Assembly (NCBI RefSeq): GCF_009914755.1
Contig: NC_060926.1
DNA length: 64,000 nucleotides
Strand: one strand, 5' to 3'
Source: the human T2T-CHM13v2.0 reference genome, Homo sapiens
Below the pieces are notes generated by a model that was not told the DNA's origin, ran no database searches, and saw only the letters and a program-made list of their open reading frames with translations. Shown here in pieces: positions 1 to 14,000 of the stretch; positions within the stretch are counted from its first letter, which is position 1, and each line of letters opens with the position of its first letter. A program made the position numbers and the translations under genes.

Positions 1-166
1 GGTTTCTCGGGAGACAGTGCTGATTGCATTTCCCTGGTTATAAAATGTTACGGAGAGATCAGCTTGAATTAAATATTCTTGGTTTTTCATTCAGCTTTCC
101 ACTTCTTGGGCATGTCTCTCACCTCCGATAGGCAGAATTTTCCACTTGTTTTTATTGTTTTGTTTC

Positions 167-301
167 TTTGTGTGTGTGTGTGTGGTTTTAAGGAGCAGAG
201 AGTTTAATAGGCAAGAAGTGAAGGGAGAAGACAGAAGGAAGAAGCTCCCTTGTACAGAGACAGAGGGAGGGGGGCTCCAAAGCCGAAAGAGGAGGTCCCC
301 C
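167..301 (-). mobile_element. Short 3' fragment of an ERV1-class LTR (LTR9/MER61/LTR25-like group, subfamily uncertain) ending in an (AC)n/A-rich tail
   Basis: Minus strand reads ...CTTTGGAGCCCCCCTCCCTCTGTCTCTGTAC...GCCTATTAAACTCTCTGCTCCTTAAAACCAC, recalled as an ERV1 LTR R-region with an ATTAAA signal. Confidence 0.55.
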
Positions 302-963
302 TGTTGTTTTGTTTCATTAGAGTGCCATGTCTTTCTTCCTTCTTGAGTTGAACTCTAGAAATAAAGATGTTATATCATGGACACAGAAATGTGCTCAACT
401 CTAATGAAGATTGTATTATTATTATCATTTTTTTACAGTGAGACTGTAGTGTGCCTTAACTACACCAGCTGTTAATTGTATTTTTTTAAGTCCTTCTGAT
501 ATTCATTTGAAATGCATTTTATAACTCATCTGGTAACCTTGCTGCTAACCAACAATTATAGTCTGACATTTGAATACAAAGAATTTGGGACAAGCCACAG
601 TTGTACATGGAAACTTTTAAAACAATGTCTCCCTTAATATATTCCTTAGTGAAAAACATTGTGAAGAAATGATTATAGCCTCACTAAATTCTGACATGCT
701 GAAAAAATGTCTGTTCATTCTTTGAAAATTTCTACCAACTTAGTGATTGTGAATTGAGAAAACAATAGTAATAAAACAGCCACAGGCTACACCAGGGAGC
801 CAACCGTTCCTCCACTCCACCCTGTTCACAAACTTGACACAGCCTGGACCAATATTAATTCCAACTGTTTGAGGTGGACAGTGAGTGGGTGCCATTCACA
901 ATGTGGTTTCTTCGGAGACTGAAGAATCTGGAATCAAATTGATAGGATTATTAGAGTCTGAAG

Positions 964-1182
964 CAGGCTGCTATGGGCAGTTGTGGGTTTTTGTACTTAG
1001 GCACCAGGCCGAGTAGGCAAGTGTGAGCTGGAATCTAGCCCTGGTACTGCTTGCCAAGCTGCATGCCCCAGCCTGGGGCTGCATCAGCCGAGAGGAAAGG
1101 GCCATTCTGCAATTCATCTGCCAGGGTGGAGTGCCTTTTTGTAACTTGCACAAAGATATACTGTGCGCTAGAGGTGGCCTTG
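964..1182 (+). mobile_element. MER91A-like hAT-Tip100 non-autonomous DNA transposon
   Basis: GGCACCAGGCCGAGTAGGCAAGTGTGAGCTGGAATCTAGCCC...GCCAAGCTGCATGCCCC...CTTGCACAAAG...GCTAGAGGTGGCC follows the recalled MER91A consensus. Confidence 0.7.
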
Positions 1183-1704
1183 GCTGGAAATAACTGTTGT
1201 GGGAGATCCTGTCTTCCCCATTGCTATTGTGTATATGAAACACTCCTGGACTCTAACAACCCCTTCATTAACCCACCCCTATTAGTGAGAGGAGAGATGA
1301 GTTATCGATCTGATGGCAGAGTCTTGAAGGAGAAACTAAACATGGGCAGCTCTATCCCTTTTCCTGTCTTTCTCTCTTTAGGGAACTAGCTGCCCATAGA
1401 CAGCATACATCCTCTAGGTGTATGCAGGAGGTAAGGAAAGGAGGGATGAGAGGCCTGACCCAGTGGTCTTGGAAATTAGAGTCTAATTCCAGGAAACTCA
1501 GCTGCACATCTCTCCCAACCTTGCTTTCTTCAGTAAGTAAGGTTCTAATTTGGCCCCCATCTGCTTACTTCTTTGTCTTATTTTTTTAGTTGCTTTAGAA
1601 TTCAGGAAAAGGGGTGCTATTTATTGAGCTTCCAAGAAGATCTTAGAGACCATATAATTCCCCATTTCCCTCCACACCCACACTTATAACAGAATTGTTC
1701 GTTC

Positions 1705-2252
1705 CAGCAAAAGCCACGAACTAGTGGGCCATTGGCCAAGTGTAGCCTACATCATATTTTGTTTGGCACAGAGAGTGTCTTTTGAAAATAATTGCACCAA
1801 CATTTAAAAATGAGAGGTTGCATGTGCACATCAAGAATTCTGACCTTTCTTAAAAAATAAAATTGGAAAATCTGGCCACATCAGTCCTGCCTCTCCACAT
1901 GGCAACAATCAGCTAGAGTTGTACTCCCATTTCCATGGAGCATTTACTCTCGTTTTCCTCTGTCTTCTCCATTCTCTTTTGGCTCATGGGCTAAGGCTGG
2001 GTGTCAGCCACCATTTATCATTCCTCTCTCAGTTTTTGTTTAGAAGTAAATGAATGTCCCTTTACTCTTCTGTCCCTTTCAAAAGTCTATTGAGAAGTCT
2101 CCATTTATGAAGAAACAAGAAACATGGGAGAGAGCAAATGTCTTTATGGAACCATAGATTATTTCCATATGTTTAACATGTATTTTTTTTTTCCTGGATG
2201 ATTCACATATTATGCCACCTACCTGGCTTCTGTAGATATTTGGGATTTCTTA
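1705..2252 (+). mobile_element. Charlie4/MER102-family hAT DNA transposon relic
   Basis: CCAACATTTAAAAAT...GAAAATCTGGCCACA...CATGGCAACAATCAGCTAGAG, with a 3' end ACCTACCTGGCTTCTGTAGATATTTG, matches the recalled consensus. Confidence 0.7.
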
Positions 2253-2403
2253 GTGAAAGTCTTTATGCTTTTCTTAAAATACAACACATGAAAAGGAATT
2301 CACTGCTATATGGAAGCTCTTCCTTTTCTTAATACCTGCTCCCTGCACCTTACACACAATGGTATTGGCTCAGCCACCTCAAGCCAAATGAAGAAATATG
2401 CGT

Positions 2404-2818
2404 CTGTTAGCTCATAAGGTGTTCACTAATATTTCTTGTCCTCCTTTTGGATGTGGTAGAATTTCACCTTCTCTAAACCTTTAAAGTTAACCATGACAGA
2501 TTGACTTGCATCAGCCAACAAAATGGCCACAGAAGGGATAGGTTATTTTCAGAAAAAACTTGTGAGAATCAGTGTGAAGTGAACAATTAGCCTCTTTTCT
2601 TCCTTTCTGTGAAAAGGACTCTACAGAAAACAGAGGCTCCTTCAGCCTGTGTGCCTGAGTGTGTTGACTGTCTCAACTGTCACCTTCACCTCACCTCAGA
2701 TCAGAGATGGACAGGTAGTGCTAGTGAGGGTGGAAAAAAAGAACTTTGTTGTTTTAAGTCCCTGAAATTTTAAGGTTTTCTGTTAGTATTGCAAGCCTGG
2801 TCTATATTGATAGATACA
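2404..2818 (+). mobile_element. Old MaLR solo LTR (MLT1I/J-like)
   Basis: Contains GACTTGCATCAGCCAACAAAATG, GGCTCCTTCAGCCTG and CTTTGTTGTTTTAAGTCCCTGAAATTT; ends in GATACA. Confidence 0.65.
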
Positions 2819-3939
2819 CCCTTTCTTCCGTTTGGCAGTTCTGGTATTTGAAGATCATTCCATTGCCTTTATTTTATGATTCTCTGGAATAAACTTCCAT
2901 TTGATGCATGCATGATATATTTTCTAAATATGCTCCAAGTTCCCATCCCATTCCATTGAAGAAAATCTTTCTCAAGATAATATTCCTATGGTCAGCACTG
3001 CCAACAGCTGCAGAACAATCCAGAACAGGGAGTGAAATCTGCCTCGAAGCCAGAAAAAGAACACTGTGACACATTCCATATTCAAAAATATGTCACATTG
3101 GGCCTGTTTGCTATTTTATGTGGCCCTGGGTTGTCTGTGATAGGGGCAGCAAGAAACCTGTTGTAGAAAGCACAGTTACCATCCATCGCTGAGAAAAATT
3201 GGAGGCATTCTTCAAACTTTCCAGCTCCCCACTGAGTTCCTGCCATGCCTGAAAGTCTCCAAACTGTCCTTGAACTTGCTGCTATATTCAGCCTTTATCT
3301 GAAACCCTACACTTGCTTGGTGGAGTGAGTTCCAAGGTTTACTGACTAGTGTGAAACTGAGTAGTCCCTTTATTGTTTCTGAAGAACATCTTCCAAAATT
3401 CAGGAAATACGCTCTTGTTCTAGTACTTTGATAATTGTATAGGCTTGAACTCTATAACTTTTATTACATGAACCTTCCTTGTCCTACCAAAGGAAAATAA
3501 CGTATTTTCCATTTGGGGGTTATTTACAAGGATTTAAAAACATTCTTCATAACTCATCAGAATTAAAATATTATCCAATATAATATTTTTAAATGAATTT
3601 TATCCATCAATCCATCTGTTTACCTATGTTAGTGTCTCCTTTTCTATTTTTGTCCCAATGTGTGTTTGGATGATGTGATGAGTAGCAAGGAGGAGCTAAA
3701 TGAGAACTGCAGAGAGGAAACAAAATCGCTGTTATTTGTCCTTATAAACCTTGTAGTCTCTCCCCTCTTCCTAGTCCCTATTCAGGAGAACAGAGAGATG
3801 AAGGCTGAAGGTTCCAAAGGTCAGTGTGATACACTGGGCTTATCATAGATATTTCAGTGGGAAAACCATTTTGATCTCCTGCCTGCTGATTATAACTTTG
3901 GGCGAGGTACAATAGGAAGAACTTGAAATTCTGCAGTAA

Positions 3940-4105
3940 GAAGGTTCCAGCTCCAGCTCTGGAGGTAATTAGGTCATTTGGCTTGTCTAAGCCTCACTTT
4001 CCTAGTTTGTAAGACTTCTACTCTACTTACCTCATTGAGGTCACCTGAGATTCCAGTGCAACATCTACAGATGCATTGCCTTAAAGTGGACTACTGTGAA
4101 TGTGC
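3940..4105 (+). mobile_element. MIR fragment
   Basis: Degenerate MIR core GGTTCCAGCTCCAGCTCTG...CTAAGCCTCACTTTCCTAGTTTGTAA. Confidence 0.55.
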
Positions 4106-6741
4106 TAAACTGTTTCAATTAGGATTCTTTCAGGCTGCCAGCAAGTAGAGGCATGTTTTTAGGAAGGGAAGATTTTCCCAAAAACTTTTTAGAAGGCCCC
4201 TATTGGCCTTGTGTCCCTGCGATTTCTCCCTCTGTGACCCTTTTCAGGCAACAGCACCAAAGAGTCCTAGTGAGGCTTGTCTCCAGCACCAGGTAATTTT
4301 TACATCTTTCCCAGCTTCAAATGCAAGCCCCTAAGGAATTCAGTCTCCCTATGCCCCTCCACATACTGTTTGCTGAGTTTATGTGGGAGGTCCCTGAGGT
4401 TATACAACCTAGAAGAGCTAATGTCTGAGACAGCAAAGAGATCGAGCTTCTGGCTTTGCTCAGAGATTGGACTTTTCTGGTGTGAGAGGCCTCAGTGGAA
4501 GGATCATAATGCACTGGGAGCAGTAAGGTACTGGAAGGAAAGGAAGGCTTCCAAGTGCTGAGGGCAGGCCACGTAGCCACCAGAATCTCTTTTCTTTCTC
4601 CACAGTGAGACGTATCCCTTCACTCCATCTCCTACTTGTGTCACCAGGGACATATTTTTTTCCATTTGTAAATCAGACAAACGAGATTTAAGGATTTCGA
4701 GGGCAGTCCTGAGCACTTGGTTGGTAGTATTTTCTTTGGGCAGGGACTAGGCACTTTCCAGCTTATTTTCTGGATACTCAGAAGTTTCCCAAACGTTACT
4801 CTGAGGGCCGTGTAGAAATACACTCTTCTGTCAGGCTTTGGTTTCTGAAGTGTGAATTCCTGTGACTCATGGCTGTCGTCTTATTTCTCATTTTTAAAAA
4901 ATGAGAATTATGTGGAAGCCAGACCAACTGTTGTGGACTGAATTGGTAAAAGAAAAAGAAATTGGATTCCAGGTGATCCAGTCCGTCCTCTCTGAGAAAG
5001 CAGATTGTGGATGAAAACATGGGCATAAATGAATCAACATATATTACCTTTGTAATATGTCTTCCCATCATCAGTGTGTTCATAATAGGAATATATAAGC
5101 TAGAGGGAAGACTTTGTGATCTATGCCTCAGATTTATCTGCACTCCCGGAGTCGCTGCTTAACTAACCTTGCCCTGCCCTGCACCATCCTTCATCCCTGC
5201 AAAGTAAATAAATGGAGTTCCCCTCAGCTTTTTTTCTTAATTAGCTATCAAAATTTGAGGTGTCACCCAGGCTTTGAAGACCCCTCTGACTCTGTTTTAA
5301 GAATGTGGGGGTTGTCCTGCTGTCCTTGGCCAACTCTTCCCCTCTCCTATCAGTGGTCTCCAAGATGAATGCAGCCGCACACGCGTTTCCTGCCTGGCTC
5401 CCACCACCAGTTTCAGAGATGGCGGAGCTCCTGGCCTCTGTTTGTATATAGAGCTGTCTGAAATGCATTCGGGATCTCTTGAGGTGAAAAGAGTTATATA
5501 AACAGAGAATGTTATTATGGATTCTTACTACAGATGGAAATGACTGGGTATTCTCAAAATAAATAACATTTCACATTTTTATAGATATGTAACATAATAT
5601 GCATGTGTGTGTGTATTTATATTCTTTCCATCTTGAATACACAGCCTCTCCTTCCTCAGCACTTGGATAAGCCATTCATTTTGCCTCCTGCTTTTTTGAT
5701 TCTCTTCTTAAGAATTCATTTAATTGTTGCCAGCATTTGGAGAGTTAGGATGAAGCGGTTATAGGCTTCCTGCTAGCTCCCGCCAGATAAGCCTGCCGTG
5801 GCTGTAGCAGTTAGGAGAGCTGAATGCTGAAAACACTTAAGTTCTGTTTTTCCACTTCCCCTCTAAAGAGAGATCAATCGGCTAGTAGCTCAGCATAATT
5901 ACAAATGGAAACTTCCTAGAAGTGGTGCCCAGAGTTACAGGATTCAGTGTAAGGCACCTAGACCTCGAAGTTACTTGTTTAGATATAGTGGGTGCCTCCT
6001 CCTCCTTTTATTGAATCTGTATATTTATTTTCCTTGAGTTCCAGAGGACATAGCATGCCATATCTCATTTACATTAATCTACTTTCAGTTAAACATACAA
6101 GTGAATGTAGGTAAATGAATGATAGGATTATCACTTTCATAATGGTGCCATTCCCACAAGGAAAATCCCAAGTATTGGGACCCCATGCCTGGGGTTTGCA
6201 GAAAAGAGCAAAGATGCCAAAAATTTATCCTGAGCCAGGGAAGAGGAAGATTGGCATCCACAAGTCCAGGCAACACAAGGCAGGCAACAGCTGGCTTTGC
6301 CAGCTCCACCTGGCTCCAATAAAGGACTGGCTGCCATCCTTGGCAATGGCTGGTGGGAGAGACAGACAAAAGCCAACTTCTCCGAGGCTGGCCAGTTCTG
6401 GTGGAAGAAGGTGGAGGAAGGAGAGGTAGCTGGGTGAGAGGGCCTCGGGCCCTCAGTATAGTGCTGAGAAAATGACTGACTTGGGGGAATTCAGGCCAAT
6501 TATAGAGTGATCCTTTCACACCCAGCCATCTGGAGATGCCTGTAAGGGGATGGAGCCTGTAATTGGGAAGCTAACCTAAATGACAACTTCCAAATTTTAA
6601 GGAGATTTGATAAAATTTTAAGCTAAGTTTTACTGAGTGCCTACTATGTAAGCAGGCTTTTTGATAGGTGCTGTGGTCAATAATAACAATAGTCATAATG
6701 ATGGTGATAACAAGATGATGATGATGGTATATTGCTAAACT

Positions 6742-6918
6742 TAAATGAGCACTTACTAGGTGCCAGATTGTGTTATGTGCCTCAGCCCCTTTGATTCTCA
6801 TCCTTCTTTTAAAATCAGGAAATCAAGACTTAGGGAGTTAAAGTAATGTGCCCAGGATCATAGAATTAGATGATATTGCTGGAATTTGAACCCAAGCAGT
6901 TCAACTCTTAATCTCTAT
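6742..6918 (-). mobile_element. MIR
   Basis: GAGCACTTACTAGGTGCCAG...GTTAAAGTAATGTGCCCAGGATCATAG...GCTGGAATTTGAACCCAAGCAGT. Confidence 0.75.
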
Positions 6919-7269
6919 TCTAGATTAGGCTGAAAATTATATGGGGTTGTACTTAAGGAACTAATAGTAAATAAGAAACTACATAATAATGATGATAGAA
7001 ATAATTAATAGTAATAACAATAATACAGTAGAACCCCACAGTAATGCACTCTGCAACAAAGTAAATTCAGATATAACACACTTGAATATTCAATTTCATT
7101 CCTGGCTTTGAACTCACTTACACTAAAAATTAACTGCACAAACCCCTAATCTATATTTTTAGAATTATTATTTTTGGATCCCATTCAGAGTGATCTGGAG
7201 GAATATCACTATATAATATTAGTATAACAATAGCAGTAATAGCTGATTTCAATGGTATACAAGAGTAGC

Positions 7270-7470
7270 TGGTTTTTATGGACCATGTACCATGAAGCCA
7301 TTAATTCTAGTTCTTACAACCAGCCCCCAGAAAAGTAAATAATGTTATCCCTGATAGAGAGATGAAGGTCATGAAGCTTACATTATCTGCTCAAAGTTGA
7401 GTAAGTTAAGTGGAGAGCTAGGATTGGAATTGACTCAGAATGAGTCTCATATGAGACTCACTATGCCATC
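7270..7470 (-). mobile_element. MIR fragment
   Basis: TCTTACAACCAGCCC...GTAAGTTAAGTGGAGAGCTAGGATTGGAA. Confidence 0.5.
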
Positions 7471-8044
7471 TATATTGCCTCTCTCCAATAAAATGGGATA
7501 TATGAAAAGATTGCATATGGTACAGTTACACAGAGGAGAGAGCATATTTAATTTTAAGGAATGGGTTTGTATCAGAGAGAGAGAGAGCTAACATGTACTG
7601 AGTTCTTACTACATGCCAGTCACACTACTGAGCACGTAGCCTGTATTCTTTCATTTAATCTTTGTAAAAACTGAGTCAAGCTTTATGGATGAACAAGAAC
7701 CATCCAGAGAGACTGTGAATGAGAGGTGACTAGTCCAAGTTGAACGAATAGTATGTAGAAAGACCTAGAGCCATGAAATATCATGATGTGTTTGGCAGAG
7801 CTAAAATCATTTTGGTTTTACATGAGCATAAAAGATAGTGCAGAAAGGCAGTATGTGGTTGTGGGGGAATAGAAGATAGTGGGGATCAGAGATGGAGTTA
7901 TAAAGATAGAACTGTGATGACATTCTGAAAGGCCTTGGACCTGGCCCTTGTCCTACAGATAGTATTTGGGTGGCAGAGTGGAGGGAGAAACAAGTCCAGG
8001 TAGAAATTTAATTTTCTCAAAAAATCTTGAAAGGTGGAGCTATT

Positions 8045-8195
8045 ATCTCATTTCATTGTAATCAGTAAGGAAACATGATGCCCAGATAGAAAGAGGAAAG
8101 AACTTAGCCAAGATTTTGCAATTTGCAAATGGCAGAGCTGGGCTTCAAACCCACTTCTCTCTGGCTCAAAAACCCACATTTCTTTTACAATCCCA
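8045..8195 (-). mobile_element. MIR fragment
   Basis: AACTTAGCCAAGAT...AAATGGCAGAGCTGGGCTTCAAACCCA...TCTGGCTCAAAA. Confidence 0.65.
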
Positions 8196-9529
8196 AGATG
8201 TATCACTTTACGTAGCTCAGTTCTAGAGCTTGGAAAGGAAATGAATAGAAAGAAGGTAGACAGAAAGTGCTCAGCAACTTTAGATCTACTTATACAAGAC
8301 TGTCCTTGTGTTGCCAAAATAAATTGCTTTTTTCTTATAGATTTTTATTACAATTACCAATGTTACCATTGCCACTATGAATTTTAAAAAGGTCAATCAA
8401 GAAAGATGATATTGTAAGATGGAGTCACACAGAACCTGAAGAAAATGATCAAGTAATGGTAGAGCCTCTCTAACTTCTGTCACTAGCTAGGCTGCCGCTA
8501 CTTACATTTAGAAGGCAGGGCTTCCAAGAATTGCTGGGGCAGGTCATGCATGCACAATGATACCCAGTGAGGATAAAAATCATACTTGCATTTGACTCAC
8601 CTGTCCCAGCACTGAGTTGTTTCTACCCTGAGGAAAGCACCCATTTTTCATACATAGGAGCCATACAGGTTAGCAGAAGTCACCGTCATGAAAGAAGCAT
8701 CAATAAATCAGCAGTTCCCATTAAAAGTTTTACCTGGTCTCCACATTTTGCATAAAAAAGCACCACTGTACCCATTGTTTGCATAATTTCAGCAATGCTA
8801 GCATTTAACTTCTAGTTTAATGGTACATTCAACCTTTACCCCAAATTATTGTTTACTCTCCAAAGCTTTTGATTTTCTTGATTGACACTCCAGATTATTT
8901 TGTTTGGTTTTGTTTTTGCTTTTGTTTTATCCTTATAAGTGTGGAAAAGAACTGTGGCACAGGAGTCTGATGATTCACTCTTCTACTCAATATTTAGCAG
9001 AACTATGCCATATTGGTTACTTTCTCAGAATTCCATCTTACTCAGCTTTGAATTGAGCATAATAATACCTACTTCCCAAGGATTTTTAATGGGAAGTGTC
9101 TGACTTGGAGTGAGACCTAAAAAGTGGTCATGATTATTGGGGTGTTATATAATAAACAGTCAAGATTACACAGGTTTATCTTCACCCAACCTGGCTTAAA
9201 ACTGCTATCACTCCAGATCCCCCCAAGTGACAGGTTTACTACAAGGACAAATAATGAATTATGGATTCAAAATGGGGAAGTGGTAAGGGGCATATAAGAA
9301 CTCCTTTTCCAGGTGGCCTGACTCCACACCAACTCCGAACCCTATTTTTTTGCTAGCTTTCTTTTGAACCTTTCCTTGAAGGAAATCCAACTAGTTTTTT
9401 TTATCATAGTTTTAATAGTTTATTATAGTTTTTTATTATATTTATATGTATGAAGCTAAACATTAAAATTGCATGTAATGTATATTTAGATTATACATTA
9501 ATGTAAGTATCTTCTTGTCTCTTACAAGT

Positions 9530-9818
9530 CTTTGCTCAAACGGATTAATACCCTCTCAGTGTGGTCTACCCTGACCACTCAGTATAAAATCCAGTCTTGC
9601 CCACAGAACACCTTCTCCCTTTCCTGTTTTATTTTTTTCTCTCTTTAGCATCTCTCACGTTCTCATATGCTACATAATTGTTGTTTTGTTCATGTTTTGT
9701 TTACTCTCTCTTTTCCACAAGAATATATGCCACATGAGGGCAAGGATTTTGCTCTTTTATCTTGGTAGCCTTTTCCCCAGGGCCTAGAAGAGTGCCTGGA
9801 ATTTGTAGGAGCTTAATG
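9530..9818 (+). mobile_element. L2 3' end
   Basis: CCCTGACCACTCAGTATAAAAT...CATGAGGGCAAGGATTTTG...CCCCAGGGCCTAGAAGAGTGCCTGG...GTAGGAGCTTAAT. Confidence 0.7.
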
Positions 9819-12800
9819 GTGAAGAAATAAAATTATATTATGGTTGCTTTCCCCACTAATTTCTAGGACCTGAGAGTTTACATATTTTATTGAAAGTTGT
9901 CAATAAAATGCTTTTTTTGGAGAGTCGATACACCTACAGACATAGAGGTCCTAATTAGCATCTAAAAATTTTACGTAGCCCATCGTTTATGAAAACCAAA
10001 GTAAACTCCCACTTGTCCAGAATAATGCATTTTCTCCTGGGATGAGAAGCCTGAAGGTTGCCTCTGCCTATTTCATGAAAAGGAATAAAATGTAGAACTA
10101 TCTCTTCCATCTATAATTTTTTTCCCACCCTATTATTGGTAACTTCTAAGATTATAATGTCAATCTGAGATATTGTGTAATGGATAGTAATTAAAGGCTT
10201 AAATCTTGACTCAAACAATGAAGTAATGCTGCTCTGAAAGGGGAAAGAAAAACTAAGGTCCATCTCTTCCAAATCTCTCGATGTGGAAGTGCTTGTTTGT
10301 AAATTGTCAACTCTGTGTGTATGTGTATGTATTTCTTCTTAAATGATGATTATTTTGGGCAAGTGAAGAGCTTTGATTGTGTCATCTGTGCATAAAATTA
10401 GTATGAAAGTAATGAGTTTTTTTTGGTGATTCACTGAATTGTCAGGTGCTAGTTAAATGGCTAAGGCAAAGTCAAGTGACAAAGATTTTCTTAAATCTTT
10501 GTTTCAAAGTAATGTAATGGAAACACAGATAAATTTCAATATGATTGTGTTAAAGAAACATTTAGCAAGACAGCAAATAGATGTGTGTGGGTCAAATGGG
10601 AGGATGGGTAACTTTAGTACAGGGAAATATAAAATAGTGCATATTCAAGATCATGGACAGTTTAATCATATACATATAAACAGGGACAACCCAGTTTATT
10701 TGTTGACTTACTGCTTTTATATTTTATCCTGGAACTCTACTCTATTTTGTTTAATTGACAATGGTTTCTATTTCCCTCTCCTTGAGTAACTATTTTTCAT
10801 TCCCGAGTTTGGGGGTGGGAAGAGGCTTAAAATATCAGTAAGACAAATGGGAAGAAAGGCGAAACTATCTTTGTCTGCAGGTTATATAACCTGTGTTTAT
10901 TATGTTTATAAGGGATGAAGATATAGCCACTATAGTATCCAGAAAAAGAGAATCATATTGGTTGGTTCCCATGTGTAGGAAGCATTTCAGGCTGAGCACA
11001 GTGAACTTACTAGAGTGCTATCCTCAGCTGATGGAAGCTGAGCTTATGTTGTAAGCAGTGCATATTATTGTATAAAATTTACTGCAAAGGGGAGTGATAT
11101 GAATAGAGAATGTATACAGTAGCTTACTGCGTGCTAGCAGGTCTTTTCTGGGCTCCTAAATGTTAACTGGATAGTAATGTAAGTTATTACACTCATTAAA
11201 TTAGGCCACAAACAAGTCAACAGTGATTCAGCAAAATGGCTTTGTTTGTATAGTGCAAGGAAGTCTGATAGATATCCAGTCACACATTTATGGCTAAATG
11301 GATGAAGATTTTAACATTACAGCCTAATAAAAATCCCATACTGTGTGATTAAATAAGAGGGAAAGCAGTAAAAAAGAGAACGCGTAATGACGGTAACATG
11401 TAGGTCAGTTACAATTTAATTGTCATTGCACTTCATTGCTAACATATCAATTCTCTGCTGCTTAGCTGAGCAGAAAACAACAACTTAACATGTACACTGG
11501 GCCCACTGACGAGTCGTCAAACCCCCACTTCCATCACCTGCTTTTGACTACTTCCTTAACAACCACGTGAAGTCTTCCTGCTTTAATAGGATAATCTTGC
11601 TGAAAGCTCCTGCTGATTGTTTCTTCCTATGCTCAATGCATCAGTGATCAGTAAATTTACTTCACACTCTACATAGATGCTAAAATTAGATTGTTTGCAT
11701 TACAACTTTCAATACTTCTGCAACAAGAAACACCTGCCTGCAGATTTATATTGTTTTGTTTAATGGTTTAAAATAAAGATAGCCTCACAGTGGCGATACC
11801 TTGATGTACTATATCGGAGGCACACAATGGCTGATCATTTTTCTTACTTATCCAGTTTGTACTGTATTTCTTGCCATATAAGGTATAGCTTCATTATCAT
11901 TAATTGCAGCTTTAGAAAAACCGAGGAAGTATTTATTCTTGCCAACTTTGCTGCAATTTTACTTATTCAATGCAACTAAGAAATGAGGGGGGTAGAAAAG
12001 CGCAGTATATTTAACATTTTTTTCCCTGAATCTGGATAATTCACACAGATCTCAAAGAGGCTTTGGCACCTTTTTAAAATGTTAGCTCTAGAGAATTGTC
12101 TGCCTAGCATACTTATGGTGATCTATAGTAAAGACTTAACCGAGTACATAACCAAACTATTAATTCAGGTGCCTAAGGTGACATATTTTATCCAGCTTAG
12201 CGTAGTCTATTCCATATAGAATAGAGCACAGCTCTTGGTATAAAAAATGATCTAGCAGAAGCTAGATAATTTTATTAGAATGATTAGAAACATCAACATT
12301 TTTTTCTCATTTCAAATCTCATTTTAATTCAGATTTCTGGGAATCAGGCCCATAGATTCCAAATGTTTCAAGTATGTTCTACTGGTAGATTTTCTTCCCT
12401 TTGCACCTCATTTTACCTATTTAGATGGAATCATGTGTCATCTAAGGGCAAGAATAAGGTCCTATAGTTCAAGATCATGGACAAGCAGAGCAAAATCCCC
12501 AGGAACAAATTCTATCTCTAGAATGATATCTAGAGGCAGTCTCCAAGCAATGAGAGTTATTAGTGATTTGGGAAGAGTCTCGTGGTTACCTCTAAGACTG
12601 GCAGCTTATGAATCTCCAATTCTGATTTAAGGGTCAGTAATTGATAGATACTAATCCAGGATTTTAATCATTAAGAAAACATTTATAAGAAAAAAGGGAT
12701 GAACACAAGGAAGGCATGCTTCTTCTTTATGCACTATGGATGGAAATTCTTTCTTTGAGTTCAACCAGGGAAAGACCGAAGTAGTACAGTACTTTTGGTT

Positions 12801-13904
12801 TCCATGGTGCTACTTATAAAGATTATGCAAAGTGTTTAATGAATAAGTAACTCCTCTTAACACTTTGTGGATGAGACACTTAAGAGATTTGGACAAAAAT
12901 AACAATATGAATAAAAAGTTATATGTGGTGGTCCAAATGCCTAGTTATCTGCATATACCCCTGTCTGCTCAACTGCACCAGGAAGATGGCTGTCTTCTAT
13001 TAAGAGTATTCTTTCTTATCCTTTCTAATAACAAGTACAGGCCAAATTTGTTCCTCTAGCATGGGCAACTTCTTGTCATCTTGGATAATCGTGCCTAGTG
13101 GAATTGGTAACACTCAGACTGCCTAGAAAATGAACCCTAGCAATATGCAAAGTTGCTTATCCAGGTGAACATTCTGCAGATGCTCTAGAAAGTGAGGGAG
13201 AAAGCTGAGGAAGACCTGTCATCGCAGAACTATCCAATTAGAGTTTTTATTGGTGAGGGTTCTCTTTAGTCTTTTATTTTGATTCATTTGTTGAGTGCCC
13301 ATATACGTTTTTCTCTGTCCCCATGAGAAATAAATTGTAAGTAAAAGACTCATTTTCACAAGTAACATATATTATCTGGGGGTTTGGGGGGAAAATGCAT
13401 TGATTTTTCCATGAAAATGAGCTTTGGAGATTTACAAGTGCCTGGCCAGCTAAATATAGAAATGTGATAAATTCAAATTCACAACAATGGATTTAACCAC
13501 ATTATTGTCAAAATAATTTATTTAACCATGTATTAACTTATCTGAAATTAGCTAGAAGAAGGACTGAAGAAAGCTGAGTTTTCAAGTGTTTTCAGATACC
13601 AGCTTCAAATCATATTTACCACTTGTCTAATTTTTAAACCTTGACCAAATAATGCCATGTTCATTTTATCTTTGAATCAAAGAGAACTTGGAAAATTTCC
13701 AAATGACAAACTCTATTCACTGACTTCGAGCATAGATTTATCACCCAGAATATTAACTAGCTTGATTCTTGATACTACTTAGCTGTTTTAAATGGTAAGG
13801 CCAATCAGTGTTCTCTAGGGCTATTTTAGATTCGTCTCTCTCAAAACCTTAGGAGATTAGTATCTAAGCATGGACTGAGGGAAGCATTGCCCCATTATGC
13901 ATCA

Positions 13905-14000
13905 TGTATGTGTGTGTGTGTGTATGTGTCTGTGTGTGTATGTGTGTGTCTGTGTGTGTGTGGTGTGTGTGTGTATGTGTGTGTGTGATGTGTGTGATGA
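13905..14000. repeat. Degenerate (TG)n microsatellite
   Basis: Interrupted TG dinucleotide run of about 95 bp. Confidence 0.95.

Noticed and set aside
6085-6519. Longest ORF (144 aa) with overlapping ORFs on both strands
   Set aside because: No recognisable domain or convincing splice context; consistent with chance in a locally GC-richer patch.
7025-7215. Possible Tigger-like MITE starting TACAGTAGAACCCC
   Set aside because: The matching right TIR is too degenerate to support a call by eye.
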